DNA from: a candidate division WOR-3 bacterium
Lineage (GTDB): Bacteria; Hydrothermota; Hydrothermia; Hydrothermales; JAJRUZ01
DNA length: 64,000 nucleotides
Direction of reading: 5' to 3'
Assembly (NCBI GenBank): GCA_024277525.1
Contig: JAJRUZ010000035.1
Span: 1,930 to 65,929, forward strand
Below, piece by piece: positions 45,857 through 54,532 of this stretch. A program made the translations under genes and the position numbers. The stretch's first letter is position 1, and every line of letters begins with the position of its first letter. Under the pieces are notes generated by a model. It saw only the letters and a program-made list of their open reading frames with translations, did not search any database and was not told the DNA's origin.

Positions 45857-46905
45857 GAATTTTTAATGCACAATAATGTCTTTATGATTTCGTCACCCGT
45901 AAATTTCTCAGGCATTAGAAAAACATCAAATCCTTTTTTCGAAATATGTTCCTTCGTCACCCTTCCGATAGAAATTATTTTTTTATTTTTTAATAAATTC
46001 TTTCCCTGCTTACCTATTATTTTCAAAAAGGTATCAAAAAGTTTGGGACTCGTGAAAATAAATTCGTCCGCCTGATGGAGAGAAGAATAAAATATCCCGA
46101 GTCTTTTTCTTTGCTCCGGAACCATATCATATATCTTAATCTCCTTAACATTAAAACCCAATCTTTTTAGTGTTTCAAAAAGGTATTCCCTTCCGTATGT
46201 CCTTAAAATCAAAGTTTTCTTACTCCCTTTAATATTTTTCTTAAAAAATTCAACGATTCCTTCCTGTGTATACTCCTCAGGCAAGATTGAATCAAAACCG
46301 AGTTTTAAAACTTCTTTTCTTGTTTCCGGTCCTATTGATATTATTTTTTTATTTCTTAAAAATTCATATAACTCTTTTTTATTTTTTATTAAACTTTCAA
46401 AAGCCATGACACCCCTTTTGCTTGTAAAAATAATAAAATCCCAATTTTTCTTTAAATTTTTTTCAAGATCCGGGGGTTTTGTAATTTTAAACTTTAAAAC
46501 AGGAAAAGGGACCGCCTTTGCACCGAATTTTTCAAGTTTATTTGCAAAATAAAGGGCGTCGGGCATCGGACGGACAACAACAAAAAATCTCCCTTTTAAA
46601 TTTCCGTAAGGCAATTGATATTTGATGTTGACCTCTGTAAATGAATTTTTATTTTCTTTGAGTTTTTTTAAAATAAAATCTCGGTTTTCCTTTTTCCCGA
46701 GCAAGAAAAGTGTTTTGCTTTTTATCTCAATATCTCTCTGTTCAAACCTTTCCCATTTCGCCTCCGAGACCCACAAAACACCCAGAGGAGATTTTTCATC
46801 AAAGTATACTTTCTTAAAATTCGAAAAAAAATTCCATATTTCCGGAAAAAGGGTAAAACTATCGGTTTTTGCATAACATATATAAATTTCAGATGAGTTT
46901 TTCAT
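45853..46905 (-). CDS. hemD: uroporphyrinogen-III synthase with a ~100-aa N-terminal extension
   Basis: The C-terminal ~250 aa show the HemD pattern (two Rossmann-like halves, ..IIFTSKRGV.., ..FTSP..). Follows hemA-hemC. Start set at the ATG at 46905. Confidence 0.65.
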   Translation of the reverse strand: MKNSSEIYICYAKTDSFTLFPEIWNFFSNFKKVYFDEKSPLGVLWVSEAKWERFEQRDIEIKSKTLFLLGKKENRDFILKKLKENKNSFTEVNIKYQLPYGNLKGRFFVVVRPMPDALYFANKLEKFGAKAVPFPVLKFKITKPPDLEKNLKKNWDFIIFTSKRGVMAFESLIKNKKELYEFLRNKKIISIGPETRKEVLKLGFDSILPEEYTQEGIVEFFKKNIKGSKKTLILRTYGREYLFETLKRLGFNVKEIKIYDMVPEQRKRLGIFYSSLHQADEFIFTSPKLFDTFLKIIGKQGKNLLKNKKIISIGRVTKEHISKKGFDVFLMPEKFTGDEIIKTLLCIKNS

Positions 46906-47743
46906 ACGCTTTTTTAACCACCTCTTCGGGAGATTCACCAACTATATGAACCTTTCGGACCTTTTTGTCTTTTATATACATAGCAAAAAGACTTATTTTA
47001 TTGTCCTTTAATTCAGCATAACATCCGAAAGGAATGGCACAACCGCCACCGAGCTTTTTCAAAAGCATCCTTTCGGTATTTACTTCAATTTCGGTCTTTT
47101 TGTGCGATAAATTTTTGAGTATTTCATAAAAAGAAGAACTTTTTCTTATTTCAACACATATTGCTCCCTGACCCGGGGAAGGGGGAAATTCGTAAATATC
47201 AAGAATTATGCAGGGTTCTTTAATTCCCAACCTTTTGATAGCAGGACCCGCAAGTAAAATGGCGTCAACAATTCCCTGCTTCCATTTCCTTATCCTTGTA
47301 TCAACATTTCCTCTCAAAGGGACAAATTCAAAGTCATTTCTTTTTAAAGATAAAAACGCAACCCTTCTCACACTGCTTGTTCCTATTTTGGCTTTCTCGG
47401 GAATTTCATCCATGGAGTTGCATTTCGTTATAATAACATCAAAAGGTTTTTCCCTCTCAAGATACATTGCAATTTCAAGTTCCTCCGGAATCTCTGTGGG
47501 AACATCCTTAGCACTGTGCACAGCAATGTCTATTTTATCTTCAAGAAGAGCCTGTTCCAAGGCTTTAACAAATATTCCCTTTTCTTTTATTTTAAAAAGT
47601 GGAGTATCCTTGTCCCTGTCTCCTTTTGTTCTTATGGGAACAAACTCGGTTTTAAAACCATTATTTTCTAAAATTTTTATCACTTTTTCTGCTTGTATCC
47701 TGCTTAATTTTGAACCCCTTGCTCCTACCCTTATTTTATCCAA
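46889..47743 (-). CDS. hemC: hydroxymethylbilane synthase (porphobilinogen deaminase)
   Basis: IRVGARGSKLSRIQA, RGNVDTR, and a cofactor Cys context (GGGCAIP). Confidence 0.9.
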   Translation of the reverse strand: MDKIRVGARGSKLSRIQAEKVIKILENNGFKTEFVPIRTKGDRDKDTPLFKIKEKGIFVKALEQALLEDKIDIAVHSAKDVPTEIPEELEIAMYLEREKPFDVIITKCNSMDEIPEKAKIGTSSVRRVAFLSLKRNDFEFVPLRGNVDTRIRKWKQGIVDAILLAGPAIKRLGIKEPCIILDIYEFPPSPGQGAICVEIRKSSSFYEILKNLSHKKTEIEVNTERMLLKKLGGGCAIPFGCYAELKDNKISLFAMYIKDKKVRKVHIVGESPEEVVKKAYEKLI

Positions 47744-48879
47744 TTTTTAATAATTTCCTCTATGGGCTTTCCGCTTCTTAAAGATTTAAGGGTCGGATAA
47801 AGATAAAATTTCTTCATTTTTTCAAGGATTTTCCTTAATTTTCCGTTATCTTCGTATCCTTTTAATATTTTGTCAGTCTTTAAATCAACAAATTCAAAAA
47901 TTTTAAGAATTTCTTCCTCTTTTTTAATCCATCTTTCAAATTTCTCACTCTCTCTTTTTGCTCTGAATTTCACATAAGACAGGAGATTTTCTTTCTCCTT
48001 AACTCTTTCCTCTATTATTTTCTTGAACTCATCAATCTGATGGAACTTAATTTTATTTAAATTTCTTACCTCAGGATCAACATTTCTGGGAAATCCGAGG
48101 TCTATAATAATCTTAGGATTGTCTTTACTTTTTAAATGTTCCGGTTTTAAAAGATATTCTTCTGTATTGGTAGCAAATATAACAGCAGTAAAATGAGGAA
48201 CATATAAAGGGAGTGTTTCGGATGTATAAACGATTGTATCAAGTTTGGCGTGCTCTTTTAGAAATTTTGCCCTTTCTTCGCTTTTTGTTGCTATTGCAAA
48301 CGGAATTCTTTCCTGATAAAGATACTTTGAAATGCTTATTCCCATTTCACCCGTTCCCACTATTAAACATCTAATATTTTTATATTCACGGGAAAAATCT
48401 TTTAAATAGAGTGATACAATTCTCGGAATTGACATGGATCCGAATTGCAACTTTGTTTCCTCTCTGATTTTTTTTGCGGTAAAGATTGCTCTTTCAAAAG
48501 CCCTCACAAGATATTTTGATACCCACCCTTTTTCTTTTGCTTTTTCATAAGCATCCTTTACCTGTCCCAGAACCTCGGGTTCACCTATTGCAGGAGAATC
48601 AGCGCCCGTCCCCACAATAACAATATGCTCAAAAATACGGGAAGGTGAATTAACAATTTCAGGATATTTTAAAAGAACAGGAGGAATAATATTCTTTATC
48701 ACTTCTTTTTTATTTTTATCAACCCTCAGATAAAGTTCTACTCTGTAACATGTAACAAGGAGGACTTTCTCTTTGATTCCGGGCAAGTCTTTTTCGAGTG
48801 TTTCTTCCCAGAATTTATAAATTCTTTCCCTCACCTCTCCGGGTGAGTTGCGATGGGTAAAAAGAATTCCGTATAACAT
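47731..48879 (-). CDS. hemA: glutamyl-tRNA reductase
   Basis: TCYRVELY active-site Cys motif and GTGEMG NADPH-binding site. Start set at the ATG at 48879 (MLYGILFTH..). Confidence 0.85.
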   Translation of the reverse strand: MLYGILFTHRNSPGEVRERIYKFWEETLEKDLPGIKEKVLLVTCYRVELYLRVDKNKKEVIKNIIPPVLLKYPEIVNSPSRIFEHIVIVGTGADSPAIGEPEVLGQVKDAYEKAKEKGWVSKYLVRAFERAIFTAKKIREETKLQFGSMSIPRIVSLYLKDFSREYKNIRCLIVGTGEMGISISKYLYQERIPFAIATKSEERAKFLKEHAKLDTIVYTSETLPLYVPHFTAVIFATNTEEYLLKPEHLKSKDNPKIIIDLGFPRNVDPEVRNLNKIKFHQIDEFKKIIEERVKEKENLLSYVKFRAKRESEKFERWIKKEEEILKIFEFVDLKTDKILKGYEDNGKLRKILEKMKKFYLYPTLKSLRSGKPIEEIIKNWIK

Positions 48880-48965
48880 TTTAAATATTATATTCAAAAA
48901 TTCAAAATAAGTAAAGAAAAGTTAAAAAAATAAAATATTTTAGAATCAATCTAAAATTATAAAAA

Positions 48966-50192
48966 TTATTTCTCAAAAAACTTAAAAGGGTTATCCGTTA
49001 ATATTTCCTCTCCTGTTTCCATGTTTTTTAATTTAACTTTTTCTCTTTTTATTTCTTCTTCCCCTATTATCAAAACCCATTTCGCTCCTTTGTTGTTTGC
49101 TTTCCTCATCTGGGATTTTAAAGACCTATAATCCCATTCCATATCTGCATAGAGATTATTTTCCCGGATTTTTCTTACCCATTTTATTGCTTCATCCTTT
49201 TCTTTCTCTGTGACATAAACTACATAAATGAGGGCTTTATCTTTCTTTTTAATATCTTCCATTACAAGCATTAACCTCTCGACACCGAAGGCAAATCCTA
49301 TTCCCGGACTATCAGGTCCACCCATATCTTTTAATAAAAAATCATATCTTCCGCCACCGCCCAGAGCATCCTGCGCACCCAGTCTGTCAGAAATTATCTC
49401 AAATGCCGTCCTTGTATAATAATCAAGTCCTCTGACAATTAAAGGATTTTCAACATATTTAAAATTTTCTTTTTCAAGTAAATTGATCAAAATTTCATGA
49501 TGCCTCCTGCAATCATCACACAAAAAATCCATTAAACTCTTAATTTCTCTAATTTTTGCTTTATCTATTTTGCAATCAATTATCCGGAAAGGGTTCCTTT
49601 CATATCTTCTTTTACAATTTTCACAAAAATTATTTATCTTATCTTTCAAAATATTTCTTAAATATTTTGAATATTTTTCTCTATCCGAAATGCACCCTAC
49701 AGAATTAATTTCAAATCTATAATCTTTTATTCCCAGATTTTTTAATAAATCTTCGGCAAGTAAAAGAACTTCAAGGTCAATATAAGGTTCTTTAAATCCC
49801 ACCGCCTCTGCTCCTAATTGAAAGAATTCCCTGTATCTTCCCTTTTGCGGTCTTTCATATCTGAACATATTCATGAAATATGCAAATTTACAGGGGATTT
49901 CAATATTATTCTCAAGAATTGCTCTTAAAACCGGAGGTGTTCCTTCGGGTCTTAAAGCAAGTTTTCTTCCTGATAAATCTTCAAATACATACATTTCCTT
50001 TTGGACAATATCCGTTGTTTCTCCTGTTGACTTTTCAAAAAGTTCCTTAGATTCAAAAGCAGGAGTCAATATAAAATCATATCCGTATTTTGAGAATATT
50101 TCCCTTGATTTTTCAAAAATAAAAAATAATTTTTCAAATTCTTCGCCGTAAATATCTCTTGTTCCGCGGATTTTTTTGAATTTAATACTCAT
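48966..50192 (-). CDS. hisS: histidine--tRNA ligase
   Basis: RGTRDI, LRPEGT, FRYERPQKGRYREFFQ, GGGRYD. Confidence 0.95.
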   Translation of the reverse strand: MSIKFKKIRGTRDIYGEEFEKLFFIFEKSREIFSKYGYDFILTPAFESKELFEKSTGETTDIVQKEMYVFEDLSGRKLALRPEGTPPVLRAILENNIEIPCKFAYFMNMFRYERPQKGRYREFFQLGAEAVGFKEPYIDLEVLLLAEDLLKNLGIKDYRFEINSVGCISDREKYSKYLRNILKDKINNFCENCKRRYERNPFRIIDCKIDKAKIREIKSLMDFLCDDCRRHHEILINLLEKENFKYVENPLIVRGLDYYTRTAFEIISDRLGAQDALGGGGRYDFLLKDMGGPDSPGIGFAFGVERLMLVMEDIKKKDKALIYVVYVTEKEKDEAIKWVRKIRENNLYADMEWDYRSLKSQMRKANNKGAKWVLIIGEEEIKREKVKLKNMETGEEILTDNPFKFFEK

Positions 50193-50255
50193 AAGTCTTA
50201 ATTATAAACTATTTTTTGAAATCTACTCCTTTTTTTAATAAAATTTTATAATAAA

Positions 50256-50270
50256 AAGGTTCAAACCCTT
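50256..50270 (+). promoter_or_regulatory. T-arm-like leader hairpin, copy f (AAGG-TTCAAAC-CCTT)
   Basis: AAGGTTCAAACCCTT, 24 nt upstream of the GTG at 50295. TATAAT box 5 nt upstream. Confidence 0.6.
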
Positions 50271-50294
50271 AAAATATTAAAAAGGAGAAAATTT

Positions 50295-51128
50295 GTGAAA
50301 AAACTATTGTTTGTGATTTTTATTCTGCTATTCTCTTTTTCCTGTAAACAGAAGGAAAAAAAGCCGATAACAGGTAATTTGATTGCTAAAATCGGGAATG
50401 TCTATATCACAAGTGAAGACCTTGAGAAGGGTTTGCCTCAATTTGCTTATCAATTAATGGGAGAGGAACAAAGGAGACAATTTTTTGATTATGTGATAGA
50501 CCTGGTTTTATTTTCCCTTGCAGCGGAAAAAGAGGGCATAGATAAGGAGCCTTTGATGAAGGAGCGTCTTTTATGGGCAAGAAGGATGGTTCTATCCGAT
50601 GAATACTTTAAGAGAAAAACTCAGAATGTTTTTGTATCACAGGCAGAGGTGGATTCTTTTTATAAAAAATATGAAAATGATTTTTTAAAAGAGATTGAAT
50701 TTGTGTATTTCTTTGCTGAAAAGGCAGCAGATGCGGAAGAGATAAAAAGACTTTTAAGTTCTCAAGTTTTCAGTAAAATATTGGTTGATAAAATATTATC
50801 AAAATATAATGTGAACGGAGACATTACGAGTGTCAACGCAGGGTATTTACATCTTGAAAATGCCCTCCCCTTTCCGAAAGAAATTGCAGATGCACTTTTA
50901 AATCTTCCAAAGGGTAAAGTTTCGGATGTAATATCACTTCAAAATCCTCCATCCTTTGCGGTTGTTAAAATTCTGAGCACAAGTCCGACAAAAATTCCCA
51001 AACAGGATATCTTGAATAACATAAGGCAATATCTTCAGCTCACCAAAATATTAAAAATAAAAGATTCTTTAAGGGAAGAATTAAAAAAACAATTCCCTGT
51101 TGAGATTTATTCGAAGGCAATTAAGTAA
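50295..51128 (+). CDS. SurA/PrsA-like periplasmic chaperone lipoprotein (degenerate parvulin-like domain)
   Basis: Lipobox LFSFSC, SurA_N-like helical N-terminal part, weak PPIase-like C-terminal part. GTG start after AAGGAG. Confidence 0.5.
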   Translation: MKKLLFVIFILLFSFSCKQKEKKPITGNLIAKIGNVYITSEDLEKGLPQFAYQLMGEEQRRQFFDYVIDLVLFSLAAEKEGIDKEPLMKERLLWARRMVLSDEYFKRKTQNVFVSQAEVDSFYKKYENDFLKEIEFVYFFAEKAADAEEIKRLLSSQVFSKILVDKILSKYNVNGDITSVNAGYLHLENALPFPKEIADALLNLPKGKVSDVISLQNPPSFAVVKILSTSPTKIPKQDILNNIRQYLQLTKILKIKDSLREELKKQFPVEIYSKAIK

Positions 51129-51141
51129 GGTTCAAATCCTT
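51127..51141 (+). promoter_or_regulatory. T-arm-like leader hairpin, copy g (AAGG-TTCAAAT-CCTT)
   Basis: AAGGTTCAAATCCTT, 20 nt upstream of the hbd ATG at 51162. Overlaps the stop codon of the preceding gene. Confidence 0.6.
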
Positions 51142-51161
51142 TAAAAACCAAAAAATAAAAA

Positions 51162-52007
51162 ATGAAAGTAGGAATTTGCGGTGCAGGAACGATGGGGAAC
51201 GGAATTGCACATGTTTTTGCACTTGCAGGACATGATGTGCTTTTACAGGACTTATCCATGGAGATTCTGGATAAGGCAGTTGAAAGAATCTCAAAAAATA
51301 TGGACAGGCAAATTAAAAAGGGAATTATTGATGAAACTAAAAAAAACGAAGCCTTATCCAGAATAAAAAAGACGGTTTCACTTGATGATTTGTCCGACTG
51401 CGATTTAATCATAGAGGCAATTTTTGAAAAAGAGGAAATAAAAAAAGAGTTATTTAAAAAACTTGATAAGATTGTAAAAAAAGAGGCAATCTTTGCATCA
51501 AATACATCCTCAATTTCAATAACTTCTCTTGCTTCCGTGACTCAGAGGCAGAAAAAATTTGTAGGAATGCACTTTTTCAATCCTGTTCCTGTTATGAAAC
51601 TTGTGGAAGTTGTTAAAGGGATAAGTACATCCAAGGAAACCGTTGACTTTATTTATAATCTTGCCAAAGAACTCGGAAAGGAGCCTGTTATTGTAAATGA
51701 TTATCCCGGTTTTGTCTCTAACAGAATTTTAATGCCCATGATAAATGAAGCAATTTATGCTCTAATGGAAGGTGTTGCTGATAAGGAAGCAATAGACACG
51801 GTGATGAAACTGGGCATGAATCATCCCATGGGACCGCTTGAACTTGCGGATTTCATAGGTCTTGATGTCTGTTTAAACATACTTGAAGTTTTATACAGGG
51901 ATTTAGGAGACCCGAAATACAGACCCTGTCCATTATTAAGAAAACTCGTTGAAGCAGGACATCTCGGTAGAAAGACAGGAAAAGGATTTTACGAATATAA
52001 AACCTGA
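51162..52007 (+). CDS. hbd: 3-hydroxybutyryl-CoA dehydrogenase
   Basis: [36 protein letters not shown]. Confidence 0.9.
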   Translation: MKVGICGAGTMGNGIAHVFALAGHDVLLQDLSMEILDKAVERISKNMDRQIKKGIIDETKKNEALSRIKKTVSLDDLSDCDLIIEAIFEKEEIKKELFKKLDKIVKKEAIFASNTSSISITSLASVTQRQKKFVGMHFFNPVPVMKLVEVVKGISTSKETVDFIYNLAKELGKEPVIVNDYPGFVSNRILMPMINEAIYALMEGVADKEAIDTVMKLGMNHPMGPLELADFIGLDVCLNILEVLYRDLGDPKYRPCPLLRKLVEAGHLGRKTGKGFYEYKT

Positions 52008-52032
52008 TAAATATATAGTTGAATCCTGAAGG

Positions 52033-52665
52033 TTGAAAGATTTTAATTATGAAGAATTAAGGAATATACAGAGAGGGTTAGTAAAAAAGATAAATTTAAA
52101 AAAAGTCAATTTTAAAAGAATAAAATATATAGGAGCAGTTGATGTCTCATATAAAAAACGGTTTGCAAAAGGTGCAATTGTTATATATGATAATCACAAA
52201 GAAGAAATTATTTATGAATTTACCATAGAAAAAGAGATAAAATTTCCTTATGTTCCGACATTTTTATCGTTCAGAGAAATTCCTGTTATTGAGGAACTTT
52301 ACGAGTGTTCCAAAATAAAACCGCAAATTCTTTTTCTGGATGGACAGGGCATTCTTCACCCTTTGGGTATAGGACTCGCTTCTCATTTCGGAGTAATAAA
52401 GAACTTAATCACAATCGGGGTTGCCAAGAAAAGATTGGTAGGAGATATCAAAAAACTCCCTGAAAGAGAAATGGAATATGCTCCTGTTTATTATGAAGGT
52501 GTATTAAAGGGTTATTGTTTAAAGATAGGAAAAGGTAAAAGATTCCTCTGGATTTCCCCGGGAAACTTAATAACACCGGAGGAAGCGTTAAAAATAACCC
52601 TGAAATTTATAAAAAACGGCAGACATATTTTACTCCATAGGGCAGACAGATTGAGCAAGAAATAA
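52033..52665 (+). CDS. nfi: endonuclease V (deoxyinosine 3' endonuclease)
   Basis: GAVDVSY, YVPTFLSFRE, DGQGILHP, GVAKKRL. TTG start. Confidence 0.8.
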   Translation: MKDFNYEELRNIQRGLVKKINLKKVNFKRIKYIGAVDVSYKKRFAKGAIVIYDNHKEEIIYEFTIEKEIKFPYVPTFLSFREIPVIEELYECSKIKPQILFLDGQGILHPLGIGLASHFGVIKNLITIGVAKKRLVGDIKKLPEREMEYAPVYYEGVLKGYCLKIGKGKRFLWISPGNLITPEEALKITLKFIKNGRHILLHRADRLSKK

Positions 52666-52669
52666 ATTA

Positions 52670-52737
52670 CGACAAGGGTATCGCTTTTACAACTTCGGGA
52701 TCAAGATTTCATTTCGCGGTAAGGATACCGCTCCTAC
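52670..52737 (-). repeat. pair of REP-like GTAG-hairpin elements (second family)
   Basis: Minus strand has GTAGGAGCGGTATCCTTACCGCG with a perfect GCGGTA/TACCGC stem, a 24-nt spacer, then the degenerate GTAAAAGCGATACCCTTGTCG. Between convergent genes. Confidence 0.5.
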
Positions 52738-52769
52738 AAGATTTATAAAATTAACTTAAATTACAAAGT

Positions 52770-53519
52770 TTATTTCTCTTTCCACACCGGCTTTCGTTTT
52801 TCAAGAAATGCTTTAAGTCCTTCCAGAGCATCCTCGGTTTTCATAAGTTCATCTAAATAGATTTTATTTGCTCTGTCAAGTCTGTTTTTTAACAACCCTG
52901 AGTCAAAATTGGTTGCCTTTTTTGTAAGTTTCAAAACAGGAAAACTCAAATCATTAAACTTTTTCAGAAAATTATGAGATTCTTCAAAAAGATTTTCTTT
53001 ATCAAAGGTTTTTGTTATTATTCCTCTTTTTTCCAGTTCCCCGGCTTTAAAGTTTTCTCCTGAATAAATGATAAGATTTGAAAATTTGGAAGGAAAAAGA
53101 AGAGGATAAAGTGCGCAGGCAACAGGAGGGAAAACCCCGAGTTTTATTTCAGGTTGAGAAAAAACAGCATCCTTTTCCGCAAGCACTATATCACAACATA
53201 AAGCAACTTCACAACCTCCACCGTATGCACCTCCCTGAACTACGGAAACTACGAGACCAGGATATTCAAATATCTGAAGGATAAATTTTGAAAATACATC
53301 AAGCATCTCTTGCACTTTATCAGGGAGATGGTCCTTTACATCAAGTCCAGCACAGAATATTTTTCCGGATCCTTTTAAGGCAACAACTTTGAAATTTTTT
53401 TCATTTTGTAATATATCAGTAAGTTCCTTCAATCTTGAAATTTCAAGAACATTCACGGGCGGTGAATTAAAATCTATATAAAGGATATTATCTTTTATTT
53501 CCTTTTTTATTTTATCCAT
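52770..53519 (-). CDS. enoyl-CoA hydratase/isomerase (crotonase) family protein
   Basis: 249 aa with GSGKIFCAGLDV and an oxyanion-hole pattern (GGAYGGGCEVAL). Confidence 0.8.
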   Translation of the reverse strand: MDKIKKEIKDNILYIDFNSPPVNVLEISRLKELTDILQNEKNFKVVALKGSGKIFCAGLDVKDHLPDKVQEMLDVFSKFILQIFEYPGLVVSVVQGGAYGGGCEVALCCDIVLAEKDAVFSQPEIKLGVFPPVACALYPLLFPSKFSNLIIYSGENFKAGELEKRGIITKTFDKENLFEESHNFLKKFNDLSFPVLKLTKKATNFDSGLLKNRLDRANKIYLDELMKTEDALEGLKAFLEKRKPVWKEK

Positions 53520-53591
53520 TTGATCCCTCTTTTATCATTTATACTTAATTATACAGTTTAAAAAAAACAAATAAGATTTTATAATTCTTCC

Positions 53592-54518
53592 CTATCCAAG
53601 TTTTTTACCGCAATTAAGGCAATATTTTGAGTTTAAAGGCAAAAATTCCGTTCCGCAACTATCACATTTACCGAGATAAGGACCAAAAGGAAATTGCCCA
53701 TCCGTTCCTTTTGATATCATTTCCCTTATTTTCACATAATCCCTTTTTCTCTTTTCCTTAAATGCCCACAATCCTTCAGAAGGTTCTATGGAACCTATAT
53801 GCAGAGAAAACCACTCCTTTGCATGTTCCCATGTTAAATCCCATACTAAATCCTTCCACCAGTTTATATGGACTTTAAAATAATGTAAACTTGCAGGGGA
53901 CAGGTTCATCATTTCATCAATGTATTCTTTAACTTTATCATCGATTTTCTCATAAGGTACCACCTCATTCACTATCCCCAATTCAAGTGCCTCTTTTGCG
54001 GTTATCTCCCTTGACAACATAACTATTTCGGTTGCCTTTTTTATACTCATATGCAGGGGTAACCATTGAGAGAGTCCTCCTATGGAAGTCATACCTACTC
54101 TGGGACCAGGTGAGAGGAATCTTGCATGTTCAGCAGCAATTGCAAGATCCGAGGCAGCAACAAATTCAAATCCACCACCGGCTGTAACACCGTTTACCCT
54201 TGCAATAACAGGTTTTCCGCAATGTCTTATAAAATGAAAAACCCTTCCGTATACCTCTCCCCATTTCCAGAAATCGGATGGCTTTTTATTGTATATATCC
54301 GCGTATTCCTTAACATTTCCGCCTGTACAAAAAGCCTTTTCACCAGCACCCGTCAACACTATGAACTGAACATCATCATCCCACATTGCATCCTCAAAGG
54401 CTTCACACATTGATCTGAGTGTAGGAAGCAGATAGGAATTGTACTCCTTCGGATTGTTTATCATTATTAATGCGGTATGTTTATACCACTTTTTATCATA
54501 TATTACTGTTTCATGCAT
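53592..54518 (-). CDS. MenB/BadI-like crotonase-family protein with a C-terminal CxxC-x11-CxxC zinc ribbon
   Basis: LTGAGEKAFCTGGNVKEY and VNGVTAGGGFE motifs. The tail is CDSCGTEFLPLNSKYCLNCGKKLG. Confidence 0.7.
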   Translation of the reverse strand: MHETVIYDKKWYKHTALIMINNPKEYNSYLLPTLRSMCEAFEDAMWDDDVQFIVLTGAGEKAFCTGGNVKEYADIYNKKPSDFWKWGEVYGRVFHFIRHCGKPVIARVNGVTAGGGFEFVAASDLAIAAEHARFLSPGPRVGMTSIGGLSQWLPLHMSIKKATEIVMLSREITAKEALELGIVNEVVPYEKIDDKVKEYIDEMMNLSPASLHYFKVHINWWKDLVWDLTWEHAKEWFSLHIGSIEPSEGLWAFKEKRKRDYVKIREMISKGTDGQFPFGPYLGKCDSCGTEFLPLNSKYCLNCGKKLG

Positions 54519-54532
54519 TTTTTTTCCTCCTT

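Noticed and set aside
47208-47750. 180-aa + strand ORF
   Set aside because: It is antisense to hemC, so it is a shadow ORF with low-complexity sequence.
4031-51141. The GGATTTGAACC motif as an ECF-sigma -35 box (GGAAC-type)
   Set aside because: The GAACC reading is on the non-coding strand relative to every downstream gene. The motif ends only 20-24 nt from the start codon, leaving no room for a spacer, a -10 box and an RBS. Stem covariation points to a hairpin.
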